Assembly: GCA_031441465.1 (NCBI GenBank)
Contig: JANOEP010000035.1
Location: forward strand, 12,785 to 76,784
DNA from: a bacterium
Lineage (GTDB): Bacteria > Krumholzibacteriota > Krumholzibacteriia > LZORAL124-64-63
Length of the DNA stretch: 64,000 bases
Direction: 5' to 3'
Of the stretch, positions 10,103-18,228 are shown one piece after another. Made by a program: the position numbers and the translations under genes. The notes below the pieces were generated by a model. That model made no database searches. It saw only the letters and a list, made by a program, of their open reading frames with translations, and was not told where the DNA came from. Within the stretch, counting starts at the first letter, position 1. Each line of letters begins with the position of its first letter.

Positions 10103-11326
10103 GTGCGCAAGGCGCCCGTCTGGACCGGCATCGTCATCGGCCTGCTGTTCGGCCTGCTGCTGGGCTCGGCCTTCCTGCTGGGCCGCAAGACCGTCGCGCC
10201 CGCGACTGCGGACGGCCGCGACACGGTCGTGGTGCGCGAGGTCCCGGTCGGCTCGCCGGCCGCGATCGAACAGGGGCGGCGCAACGCCATCGTCACGGCG
10301 ACGGAGCGGGTCGCGCCCACGGTGGTCAGCATCAACGCCATCCAGCACCGGACGGTCACGCGCACGCTCGCCCCGCGCGGCTGGGAGTATTTCGAGCGTT
10401 TCTATCCCGGCATGTTCCCGCAGCGCGCCTTCCGTCAGGACGTCTCGAACCTGGGTTCGGGCGTCATCGTCTCGAAGCAGGGCCACATCCTGACCAACGT
10501 CCACGTGGTCGAGAACGCGGACGAACTGCTCGTCTCGCTCCACGACGGCCGGCAGTTCACGGCCCAGGTCCTGGAGATGGTCCCGACCTGGGACCTGGCG
10601 CTGCTGCAGATCGCCGGCGAAGTGCCGGCCGACCTGCCGACGGCGGTCATGGCCGCCGAGGACACGCGGCTCTTCATCGGGGAGTGGGCCATCGCCATCG
10701 GCTCGCCCTTCGGCTACCTGCTGGCCGACACGCAGCCGACGGTGACCGTCGGGGTGGTCAGCGCCGTCAACCGCGACATCAAGCGCACCGGCTCGGACCA
10801 GCAGATCTTCCTGGGCATGATCCAGACCGACGCCGCGATCAACCCCGGCAACAGCGGCGGCCCGCTGGTCAACAGCAGCGGCGAGGTCGTCGGCATCAAC
10901 ACCTTCATCTTCACCGAGAGCGGCGGCAGCATCGGCCTGGGCTTCGCCGTGCCCATCGACCGCGCCCGCTGGATCCTGCGCGAGGTGGACCAGTACGGTT
11001 ACTTCCGCCGCGCCTACGTCGGCTTCGGCATCCTGCCGGTCAACGACGCCGTCGCCAAGGCGCTGGGCCTGGACCAGGCCCGCGGCTTCGTCGTGCGCGA
11101 CGTGACGACGGGCTCGCCGGCGGCCAAGGCGGGTCTGGTCCCGTACGACGTGCTGCTGACGATCAACGGCATCGAACTGGCGGACGTCGACACCTTCAAC
11201 CGGCTGGTCTACGAGGCCAAGGTCGGCACCCGCCTGGAGTTCACGGCCATCCGCGAGGGGCGCGCGTTTTCCGGGACGATCGTCCTGGAAGAGGATCCGA
11301 GGCGGCGGCGGAGCGAGACCTCCTGA
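10103..11326 (+). CDS. HtrA/DegP-like trypsin serine protease with one PDZ domain
   Basis: N-terminal TM; triad motifs TNVHV, DLALL, TDAAINPGNSGGPL; C-terminal PDZ (GSPAAKAGL). Confidence 0.92.
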   Translation: MRKAPVWTGIVIGLLFGLLLGSAFLLGRKTVAPATADGRDTVVVREVPVGSPAAIEQGRRNAIVTATERVAPTVVSINAIQHRTVTRTLAPRGWEYFERFYPGMFPQRAFRQDVSNLGSGVIVSKQGHILTNVHVVENADELLVSLHDGRQFTAQVLEMVPTWDLALLQIAGEVPADLPTAVMAAEDTRLFIGEWAIAIGSPFGYLLADTQPTVTVGVVSAVNRDIKRTGSDQQIFLGMIQTDAAINPGNSGGPLVNSSGEVVGINTFIFTESGGSIGLGFAVPIDRARWILREVDQYGYFRRAYVGFGILPVNDAVAKALGLDQARGFVVRDVTTGSPAAKAGLVPYDVLLTINGIELADVDTFNRLVYEAKVGTRLEFTAIREGRAFSGTIVLEEDPRRRRSETS

Positions 11327-11498
11327 CAGGGACAATTTCGCGGCCAGAACTGCTTTCTTTCCCCGAATCGATCGGTTATGTTGCGCGGGTCGGTTCCGTC
11401 TGCCCGTTCGTCCCCCGTCGACGTCACGACGGAGAGGGCTGCAAGATGCTGATATCATGTGAGTTGGCTACTCTCGAACCCCGGGATCGAGGTGCGGC

Positions 11499-12797
11499 GT
11501 GATTCCCCGTTACGAAACCCCGGCCATGCGCGCCATCTGGTCGAACCGCCGCAAGCTCGAGATCTGGCAGGAGGTCGAGGTCGTCGTCTGCGAGGTCCGC
11601 GCCGACCGCGGCGAGATCCCCCCGGCAGCGGCCCGGCTCATCCGCGAGCTGGCCGCTTTCGACGAGGCGCGGGTGCTGGAGATCGAGGAGACCGTCCAGC
11701 ACGACGTCATCGCCTTCCTGACGAACCTCGGCGAGCACATCGGCCCCGAGTCGCGCCACGTCCACGAAGGCATGACCAGCTCCGACCTCACCGACACGGC
11801 CTTCGCCGTGCAGTTGAGCGAGTCGGGCCTGGTGCTGCGGGCGGCCCTGGTCGGTCTGATGGATGCGGTCAAGGCCCGCGCGCTCGAGCACCGGGACACC
11901 GTCATGGTCGGGCGCAGCCACGGGATCCACGCCGAGCCCACCACCTTCGGCCTGAAGCTGCTGGTCTACTGGTCGGCCCTGCGGCGCGCGTTGCGACGGC
12001 TGGACGCGGCCATCGACGAGGTCACGGTCGGGCAGATCTCCGGCGCGGTGGGGACCATGGCGCACCTCGACCCCGAGGTCGAGGCCGAGACCATGCGGCG
12101 CCTGGGCCTGGCGGTCGCCCCGGTGGCGACGCAGGTGCTGCAGCGCGACCGCCACGCGGCCTTCCTGACGGCGCTGGCCTTGGCCGGCGCCACGCTGGAG
12201 CAGATGGCGGTCGAGATCCGCAACCTGCAGCGCACCGACGTCCACGAGGTCGAGGAGCCGTTCGCCGCGGGCCAGAAGGGCTCCTCGGCGATGCCCCACA
12301 AGAAGAATCCCATCGTCAGCGAGCGGGTCACCGGGATGGCCCGCCTGCTGCGCGGCTACGCCCACGCCGCGCTGGAGAACGTCGCGCTCTGGCACGAGCG
12401 CGACATCAGCCACAGCAGCGTCGAGCGGATCATCTTTCCCGACGCCTGCCACGTGTTGCACTACATGCTGCAGAAGATGACCTGGCTGATCGCCGGGCTC
12501 GTCGTGTTCCCCGAGCGCATGCTCGAGAACATGGATCGAGTCCAGGGGATGGTCTACAGCCAGACGGTGCTGCTGGCGCTGGTGCGCGCCGGCGCCTCGC
12601 GCGAGGACGCCTACGCCGCGGTGCAGCGCTGCGCGATGCGCGTCTGGGACGAGGGCGTCGCCTTCCGCGAGACCCTGCGGCAGGATCCCGCCGTGGCGGC
12701 CTGGCTGCCGCCGGCCGATCTGGACCGCTGCTTCGATCCCGCCTGGCACCGCCGCCACGTCGGGCAGCTGTTCGCCAGGACCCTGGCCCAAGAGTAG
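11499..12797 (+). CDS. purB: Adenylosuccinate lyase
   Basis: MIPRY, HDVIAF, GRSHGIHAEPTTFG, GSSAMPHKKNP, HERDISHSS. Confidence 0.97.
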   Translation: MIPRYETPAMRAIWSNRRKLEIWQEVEVVVCEVRADRGEIPPAAARLIRELAAFDEARVLEIEETVQHDVIAFLTNLGEHIGPESRHVHEGMTSSDLTDTAFAVQLSESGLVLRAALVGLMDAVKARALEHRDTVMVGRSHGIHAEPTTFGLKLLVYWSALRRALRRLDAAIDEVTVGQISGAVGTMAHLDPEVEAETMRRLGLAVAPVATQVLQRDRHAAFLTALALAGATLEQMAVEIRNLQRTDVHEVEEPFAAGQKGSSAMPHKKNPIVSERVTGMARLLRGYAHAALENVALWHERDISHSSVERIIFPDACHVLHYMLQKMTWLIAGLVVFPERMLENMDRVQGMVYSQTVLLALVRAGASREDAYAAVQRCAMRVWDEGVAFRETLRQDPAVAAWLPPADLDRCFDPAWHRRHVGQLFARTLAQE

Positions 12798-12814
12798 GAT
12801 CGATAGGAGCAGGC

Positions 12815-15800
12815 ATGACCCGCGATCCCTCCTTCGACGTCGTCGCCGTTGCCGCCCTCGACGACGCGGCGCTCGTGAAGGCGCTGCGCGCCCACGCCCT
12901 GACCCTCAGCGCCTCCGAAGCCCGCCGCGTCCGGGAACTGCTCGGCCGCGATCCCACGCTCACCGAGCTGACCCTGTTCGACACCATGTGGAGCGAGCAC
13001 TGCTCCTACAAGAGCAGCCGGCCTACGCTCAAGGAATTCCTGCCGACCACCGGCAGCAACGTGATCGTCGGGCCGGTCGAGGACGCGGGCATCGTGGACT
13101 TCGGCACCGTCGACGGCGTGCGCTGGGGCGTCATCATCGCCCACGAGAGCCACAACCACCCCAGCCAGGTCATGCCGGTCGAAGGCGCGGCCACCGGCAT
13201 CGGCGGCATCGTGCGCGACGTCTACTGCATGGGCGGCGAAGTGATCGGCGTGCTGGATCCGCTGCGTTTCGGCTGGCCGCTGGGCGAGGGCGGGGCGCAC
13301 CGCCTGGACATCGCGCGCGAGGTGGTCACCGGCATCTGGGAGTACGGCAACGCGCTGGGCGTGCCGAACCTGGGCGGCGACGTCTACTTCCACCCCTCGT
13401 TCGATGACAACTGCCTGGTGAACGTGGTGGCTCTGGGCCTGGTGCCGGCCGACCACATCACCCACTCCGCAGTGCCGCCGCAGGCCCGCGAGGAGACCTA
13501 CGACCTGATCCTGGTGGGCAAGCCCACCGACTGGAGCGGCATGGGCGGCGCCGCCTTCGCCTCGGCGACCCTGGACGCCGACGCGGCCATGGAGAACAAG
13601 GGTTCGGTGCAGGTGCCCGACCCGTTCCTGAAGCGCGTGCTGACCGTCGCCAACCGCGAGGTGCTGCGGCTGGCGCGCGAGCGCGGGATCGTCGTCGGCT
13701 TCAAGGACCTCGGCGCCGGCGGCGTCAGCTGCGTGACCAGCGAGTTGGCCGACGCCGGCGGCTTCGGCTGCGACGTCGACCTGGCCTTGGTGCACGTCGC
13801 CGGGGACGACGTGCCCGCGCGCGTGATCGCCTGCTCCGAGACCCAGGAACGCTACGGCCTGGCCGTGCCGGCCCGCTTCACGGCCGAGGTGCTGAAGATC
13901 TACAACGAGGACTTCGCCCTGCCCGACCTCTACGAGGGGGCGTGCGCGCGGCGCATCGGCACGGCCACCACCGACGGGATCTACCGCCTGCGCCACGGCG
14001 ACCGCGTGCTCTGCGAGGCGCCGATCGCGACGGTCACCTGCGGGATCGCCTACGCCCGCGCCGAGGCTCCGGCGCCCCCGCCTGAGCCCGCGCCCGCCCG
14101 CGCCGCCGAGGCCCCGGACTCGCTGATCGCCGACGAATGGGTGCGCCTGATGGGCCACCTCAACGCGGCCTCGCGCGAGCACCTCTTCCGGCACTACGAC
14201 CCCGAGGTGCGCGGCGCCACCGTGCTGCGCCCCGGCGAGGCCGACGCGGGCGTGGTGGCCCCGGTGCCGGGCAGCGTCCTGGGCGTGGCGGTCAGCGTCG
14301 ACGGCAACCCCCTGATCGGCCTGCGCGATCCCTACCAGGCCGGCGTGCGGGCCGTGATCGAGGCGGCGCGCAACGTGGCCTGCGTCGGCGGCCGGCCGGC
14401 CGCGGTGACCGACTGCCTGAACTTCGGCAACCCCGAGGATCCCGAGGTCTTCCACCAGTTCCGCGAGGCGGTGCGCGGCGTCGGCGACGCCTGCCGCGGC
14501 GTCACGCTGCACGCGCGCGGCGGCGAGCCGCTGCCGGTGGTCTCGGGCAACGTGTCGCTCTACAACCAGAGCGCCGCGGGCCGCACCGTCGCCCCGTCGC
14601 CGATCATCGCCTGCGTGGGCAACGTGGCCGACGTGACCCTCTGCCGCAGCCAGCGCCTGAAGGCCGCCGGCGACCGGCTCTACCTCGTGGGCCTGCCCGA
14701 CGACGCCTGCGGCGCGACGCTGGCCCGCGAGTCGGGGCTCGTCTTCGGCCGCGACACTCTCGTCCCGGCGGACCTCGACGCCGCCCGCCGCGAGATCGCG
14801 GCGGTGTGCGACCTGGTCGAAGCCGGTCTGCTGCAGGCGGCGCACGACGTCAGCGACGGCGGCCTGGCCGTTTGCCTGGCCGAGATGGCGCTGGGACCGA
14901 GGGGCCGCGACCTGCTCGGCGCCGTCGTCGCGGTGCCGCCGGCGTGCCGCGGCCTGAGCCTGCGCGAGTTCCTGTACGGGGAGCGCGGGGGCTTCGTGCT
15001 GGAAGTCCGCGAGCCCGACACGGCGCGGGTCGAAGCGCTGCTCGCGGCGGCGGGCGCGGCTTGGGCGCCCTTGGGCGAAGTCGTCGACAGCGAAGCGCTC
15101 ACGGTCCGCGACGCCGCCGGCCGTGAAGTCGTCGTCGCGCTCGACGAATTGGAACTGAGCTGGCGCGAGGGCCTGACCCGCGTGCTGGCCGCGCGCGACC
15201 TGCCCGATCCGGCCGATCGCCGCGAGCCCGCCGTGGTCGCCGACGAGCCGGCCGTGCCGGTGGTCGTGGTGGGCGGTGCGCGGCCCCGCATCGCGGTGCT
15301 GCAGCTGCCGGGCATGAACTGCGAGGACGAGTCGGCGCGCGCCCTCGCGGCCGCCGGCGCGCGGCCCGAGATCTTCCGCTGGACGCGCCCGGCCGCCGAG
15401 CTGGCGGACTTCGACGGCTACCTGGTCCCGGGCGGCTTCTCCTACCAGGACCGCGTGCGCGCGGGCGCGGTGGCGGCCAAGGACCCGCTGCTGGAAGCCC
15501 TGCTCGCCGCCGATGCCGCCGGCAAGCCGATCCTCGGCATCTGCAACGGCTGCCAGGTGCTGGTCGAGGCGGGTTTGGTGCCGGGCCTCGCGCGCGGCCG
15601 CGTCGAGGTGGCCCTGGCGCCGAACCGCATCCCCGGCCGGCGCGGCTACTTCTCCCGCTGGGTCGTGCTCGAGGCGGTCGCCGGCAGCCGCTGCCGCTTC
15701 CTCGACGGGCTGCCGCGCACCCTGCCGGTGCCGATCGCCCACGCGGAGGGACGATTCACGCACGAGGACCCGGCGTTCTTCACCCGCCTGCGCGCCGAGG

Positions 15801-16078
15801 GCCTGCTGGCCTATCGCTACGCCGCGGCGCAGCCGGACGGGGGAGGCCCGGGCAATCCCAACGGGTCCCTGCTGGCCACCGCGGCGATGACCAACCCCGC
15901 GGGCAACGTCCTGGCGATGATGCCGCACCCCGAACGGGCGGCCTGGCTGTTCCAGGTGCCCGAGGACCTCGACCACCCCTGGGGTCGGCGGCGGCGGGAT
16001 CTGATCGGGGACCGCGGCGCCCAACTGGGGCCCGGCCCGGGCTTGGCGGTTCTGCGACGATTGGTGGAACTCTGCTGA
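12815..16078 (+). CDS. purL: Phosphoribosylformylglycinamidine synthase, small-type PurL fused to PurQ glutaminase
   Basis: WSEHCSYKSS, ESHNHPS, KDLGAGG, DCLNFGNP, HDVSDGG, then PurQ motifs PGMNCE, PGGFSYQD, GICNGCQ, PIAHAEG, NPNGS, MPHPER. ATG 12815 follows GGAG. Confidence 0.95.
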   Translation: MTRDPSFDVVAVAALDDAALVKALRAHALTLSASEARRVRELLGRDPTLTELTLFDTMWSEHCSYKSSRPTLKEFLPTTGSNVIVGPVEDAGIVDFGTVDGVRWGVIIAHESHNHPSQVMPVEGAATGIGGIVRDVYCMGGEVIGVLDPLRFGWPLGEGGAHRLDIAREVVTGIWEYGNALGVPNLGGDVYFHPSFDDNCLVNVVALGLVPADHITHSAVPPQAREETYDLILVGKPTDWSGMGGAAFASATLDADAAMENKGSVQVPDPFLKRVLTVANREVLRLARERGIVVGFKDLGAGGVSCVTSELADAGGFGCDVDLALVHVAGDDVPARVIACSETQERYGLAVPARFTAEVLKIYNEDFALPDLYEGACARRIGTATTDGIYRLRHGDRVLCEAPIATVTCGIAYARAEAPAPPPEPAPARAAEAPDSLIADEWVRLMGHLNAASREHLFRHYDPEVRGATVLRPGEADAGVVAPVPGSVLGVAVSVDGNPLIGLRDPYQAGVRAVIEAARNVACVGGRPAAVTDCLNFGNPEDPEVFHQFREAVRGVGDACRGVTLHARGGEPLPVVSGNVSLYNQSAAGRTVAPSPIIACVGNVADVTLCRSQRLKAAGDRLYLVGLPDDACGATLARESGLVFGRDTLVPADLDAARREIAAVCDLVEAGLLQAAHDVSDGGLAVCLAEMALGPRGRDLLGAVVAVPPACRGLSLREFLYGERGGFVLEVREPDTARVEALLAAAGAAWAPLGEVVDSEALTVRDAAGREVVVALDELELSWREGLTRVLAARDLPDPADRREPAVVADEPAVPVVVVGGARPRIAVLQLPGMNCEDESARALAAAGARPEIFRWTRPAAELADFDGYLVPGGFSYQDRVRAGAVAAKDPLLEALLAADAAGKPILGICNGCQVLVEAGLVPGLARGRVEVALAPNRIPGRRGYFSRWVVLEAVAGSRCRFLDGLPRTLPVPIAHAEGRFTHEDPAFFTRLRAEGLLAYRYAAAQPDGGGPGNPNGSLLATAAMTNPAGNVLAMMPHPERAAWLFQVPEDLDHPWGRRRRDLIGDRGAQLGPGPGLAVLRRLVELC

Positions 16079-16138
16079 TTCCAGAAGGTTGACGGGGCCG
16101 GGCGCCGGAGACGGTCCTTGCCTTAGGAGAGGCGAAGG

Positions 16139-16738
16139 ATGATCATTCAGCATACCTTGATGACCTGCCACAAGGGTGTGGACCTGCACGCGGCCACGGC
16201 CGAGCGTGTCATGCGGCGTCGATTGGACGGCGGTGAGCGCCTCACGGGTCTCGCGCGGGCCGAGATCCACACGTACTGGCAGCACGAAGGCGTGGCGGCG
16301 CCCGAATCGGTGGAGCGGTTGCTGACGGTGGGGCGGTACTTCAACCCCAACAAGCACCACTTCGCCCATTTCGTGTTGCACGGCGCCGGAGAACCCTGGA
16401 CGGCGGCGCCCGCGCGCGGCGGACCCTTGCCCGGTCGTTGGCCCGGGGAGGTCGCGGACACGGACCTGCCGGCCGACGGCGGCGACGTGCTCGACCGCCT
16501 GCTCGGCGGCCCGCCGACGGACGGCACGCTGGTGGTCGATGCCTGCGCCTTCCCGCTGGGGGAGGCGGCGGCGGTGCTCTCCGGGGTGCTGTGGCGCTTG
16601 ATGCTGGCGCCGGAGACACCGGAGCCGGCGGCGGTGGCCGCGCACCTGGTCGAGGCGAAGAGCGCGCGGGAGGGCCTGCTGGTCAACCCGCACATGCAGG
16701 GCTGGCTGGCTTCGCCGGCGCGGGTGCTCCGCGCCTGA
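16139..16738 (+). CDS. Probable tandem PurS-like protein (FGAM synthase scaffold subunit)
   Basis: Lies between purL/Q and purF. Two halves end in YFNPNKH and LLVNPHMQ, resembling the PurS LLANP motif; no other purS in the operon. Confidence 0.55.
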   Translation: MIIQHTLMTCHKGVDLHAATAERVMRRRLDGGERLTGLARAEIHTYWQHEGVAAPESVERLLTVGRYFNPNKHHFAHFVLHGAGEPWTAAPARGGPLPGRWPGEVADTDLPADGGDVLDRLLGGPPTDGTLVVDACAFPLGEAAAVLSGVLWRLMLAPETPEPAAVAAHLVEAKSAREGLLVNPHMQGWLASPARVLRA

Positions 16739-16762
16739 GTTCGCAACGGGACGGGAGTCGAC

Positions 16763-18199
16763 ATGGGTGCGGAAGGGCGCCACTGGCGCGAGGAGTGCGG
16801 GGTCGTCGGCGTGGCCGGGTGTGCCGGCGCCGGCGAGCTGTCGGCGCTCGCGCTGCACGCCCTGCAGCACCGGGGCCAGGAGAGCGCCGGGGTCTCCACG
16901 TCGGACGGCCACACCGTCCGCACGCACCGCGCCATGGGCCTGGTCGCCGACGTCTTCACCGAAGCCGTCGTGAAGTCCCTCGACGGCACCTTCAGCATCG
17001 GGCACGTCCGCTATTCCACCACCGGATCGTCGCAGCTGGAGAACGCGCAGCCGCTGCAGGTCACCTGCCACCGCGGCACGGTGGCCGTGGCCCACAACGG
17101 CAACCTGGTCAACGCCCACCTCCTGCGCCGCGACATGGAGCGGGAGGGCTCGATCTTCTCGACCACCAGCGACACCGAGGTCATCCTGCACCTGATCGCG
17201 CGCAGCCGCGCGACGTCGTTCGAGGATGCCGTCGCCGAGGCGGTCGGGAAGGTCAAGGGCGCCTACTGTCTGCTGGTGCTCTGCCGCGACAAGCTGATCG
17301 CCGCGCGGGATCCGCGCGGGTTCCGGCCGCTCTGCCTGGGGCGGTACCGGGACAGCTATGTCATCGCCTCGGAGAGCTGCGCCTTCGACATCATGGGCGG
17401 CACCTACCTGCGGGACATCGAGCCCGGCGAGATGGTCGTCCTGGACGGGAACGGCCTGGTGAGCCGGCGCCTGGCGCCGCGGGGCGAGATCACCCAGTGC
17501 GTCTTCGAGCACATCTACTTCTCGCGTCCGGACAGCACGATCTTCGGCGTCAGTGTCGACGAGATCCGCCGCCGCTGCGGCGAGATCCTGGGGCAGGAGA
17601 GCCCCGCCGACGCCGACTTCGTCTGCGCCGTCCCGGACTCCAGCAACACGGCGGCCCTCGGCTATGCCCGGCAGACCGGCCTGCCGTACGAGCTGGCGCT
17701 CATCCGCAACCACTACGTCGGGCGCACCTTCATCTCGCCGGCCCAGAAGGTCCGGGACATGTCCGTGCGCATCAAGTTCAATCCCGTCCGCCGCTTGATC
17801 GAGGGGAAACGCGTCGTCGTGATCGACGACAGCATCGTCCGCGGCACGACCATGCGGAAGCTCGTGAAGCTCATCCGCGCCGCGGGGGCGGCCGAGGTGC
17901 ACCTGCGCATCGCCTCGCCGCCGGTCACGCATCCCTGTTACTACGGCATCGACACGCCCGTGCGCAAGGAGCTCATCGGGAGCAGCCACACGGTGGGCGA
18001 GATCGCCACCTACCTGCGTGTCGATTCCCTGGCCTATCTCTCGCTCGAGGGCCTGCTGCGGGCGACCGGGAACCCGGCGGTGCACTGCTCCGCCTGCTTC
18101 ACCGGCAACTACCCCGTGCCCTTCGAGAACGAGTTGAGCAAGGAGATCCTGGATCGCGGCGTCATCACCCCGGAAGTGGGCTCTCCGGGGGCGCGTTGA
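16763..18199 (+). CDS. purF: Amidophosphoribosyltransferase
   Basis: Propeptide then CGVVG, LQHRGQE, HVRYST, CVFEHIYFSRPDS, VIDDSIVRGTT, CYYGID, CSACFTGNYP (Fe-S type). Confidence 0.97.
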   Translation: MGAEGRHWREECGVVGVAGCAGAGELSALALHALQHRGQESAGVSTSDGHTVRTHRAMGLVADVFTEAVVKSLDGTFSIGHVRYSTTGSSQLENAQPLQVTCHRGTVAVAHNGNLVNAHLLRRDMEREGSIFSTTSDTEVILHLIARSRATSFEDAVAEAVGKVKGAYCLLVLCRDKLIAARDPRGFRPLCLGRYRDSYVIASESCAFDIMGGTYLRDIEPGEMVVLDGNGLVSRRLAPRGEITQCVFEHIYFSRPDSTIFGVSVDEIRRRCGEILGQESPADADFVCAVPDSSNTAALGYARQTGLPYELALIRNHYVGRTFISPAQKVRDMSVRIKFNPVRRLIEGKRVVVIDDSIVRGTTMRKLVKLIRAAGAAEVHLRIASPPVTHPCYYGIDTPVRKELIGSSHTVGEIATYLRVDSLAYLSLEGLLRATGNPAVHCSACFTGNYPVPFENELSKEILDRGVITPEVGSPGAR

Positions 18200-18228
18200 C
18201 GCCCGGTCCCGATCGGAAACGAGGCTCC

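Noticed and set aside
11459..12814. Apparent 1539-aa PurL starting at 11459, and apparent 1516-aa radical SAM protein starting at 16438
   Set aside because: The N-terminal extensions overlap purB and purF in other frames and are non-homologous; real starts are near 12815 and 18229.
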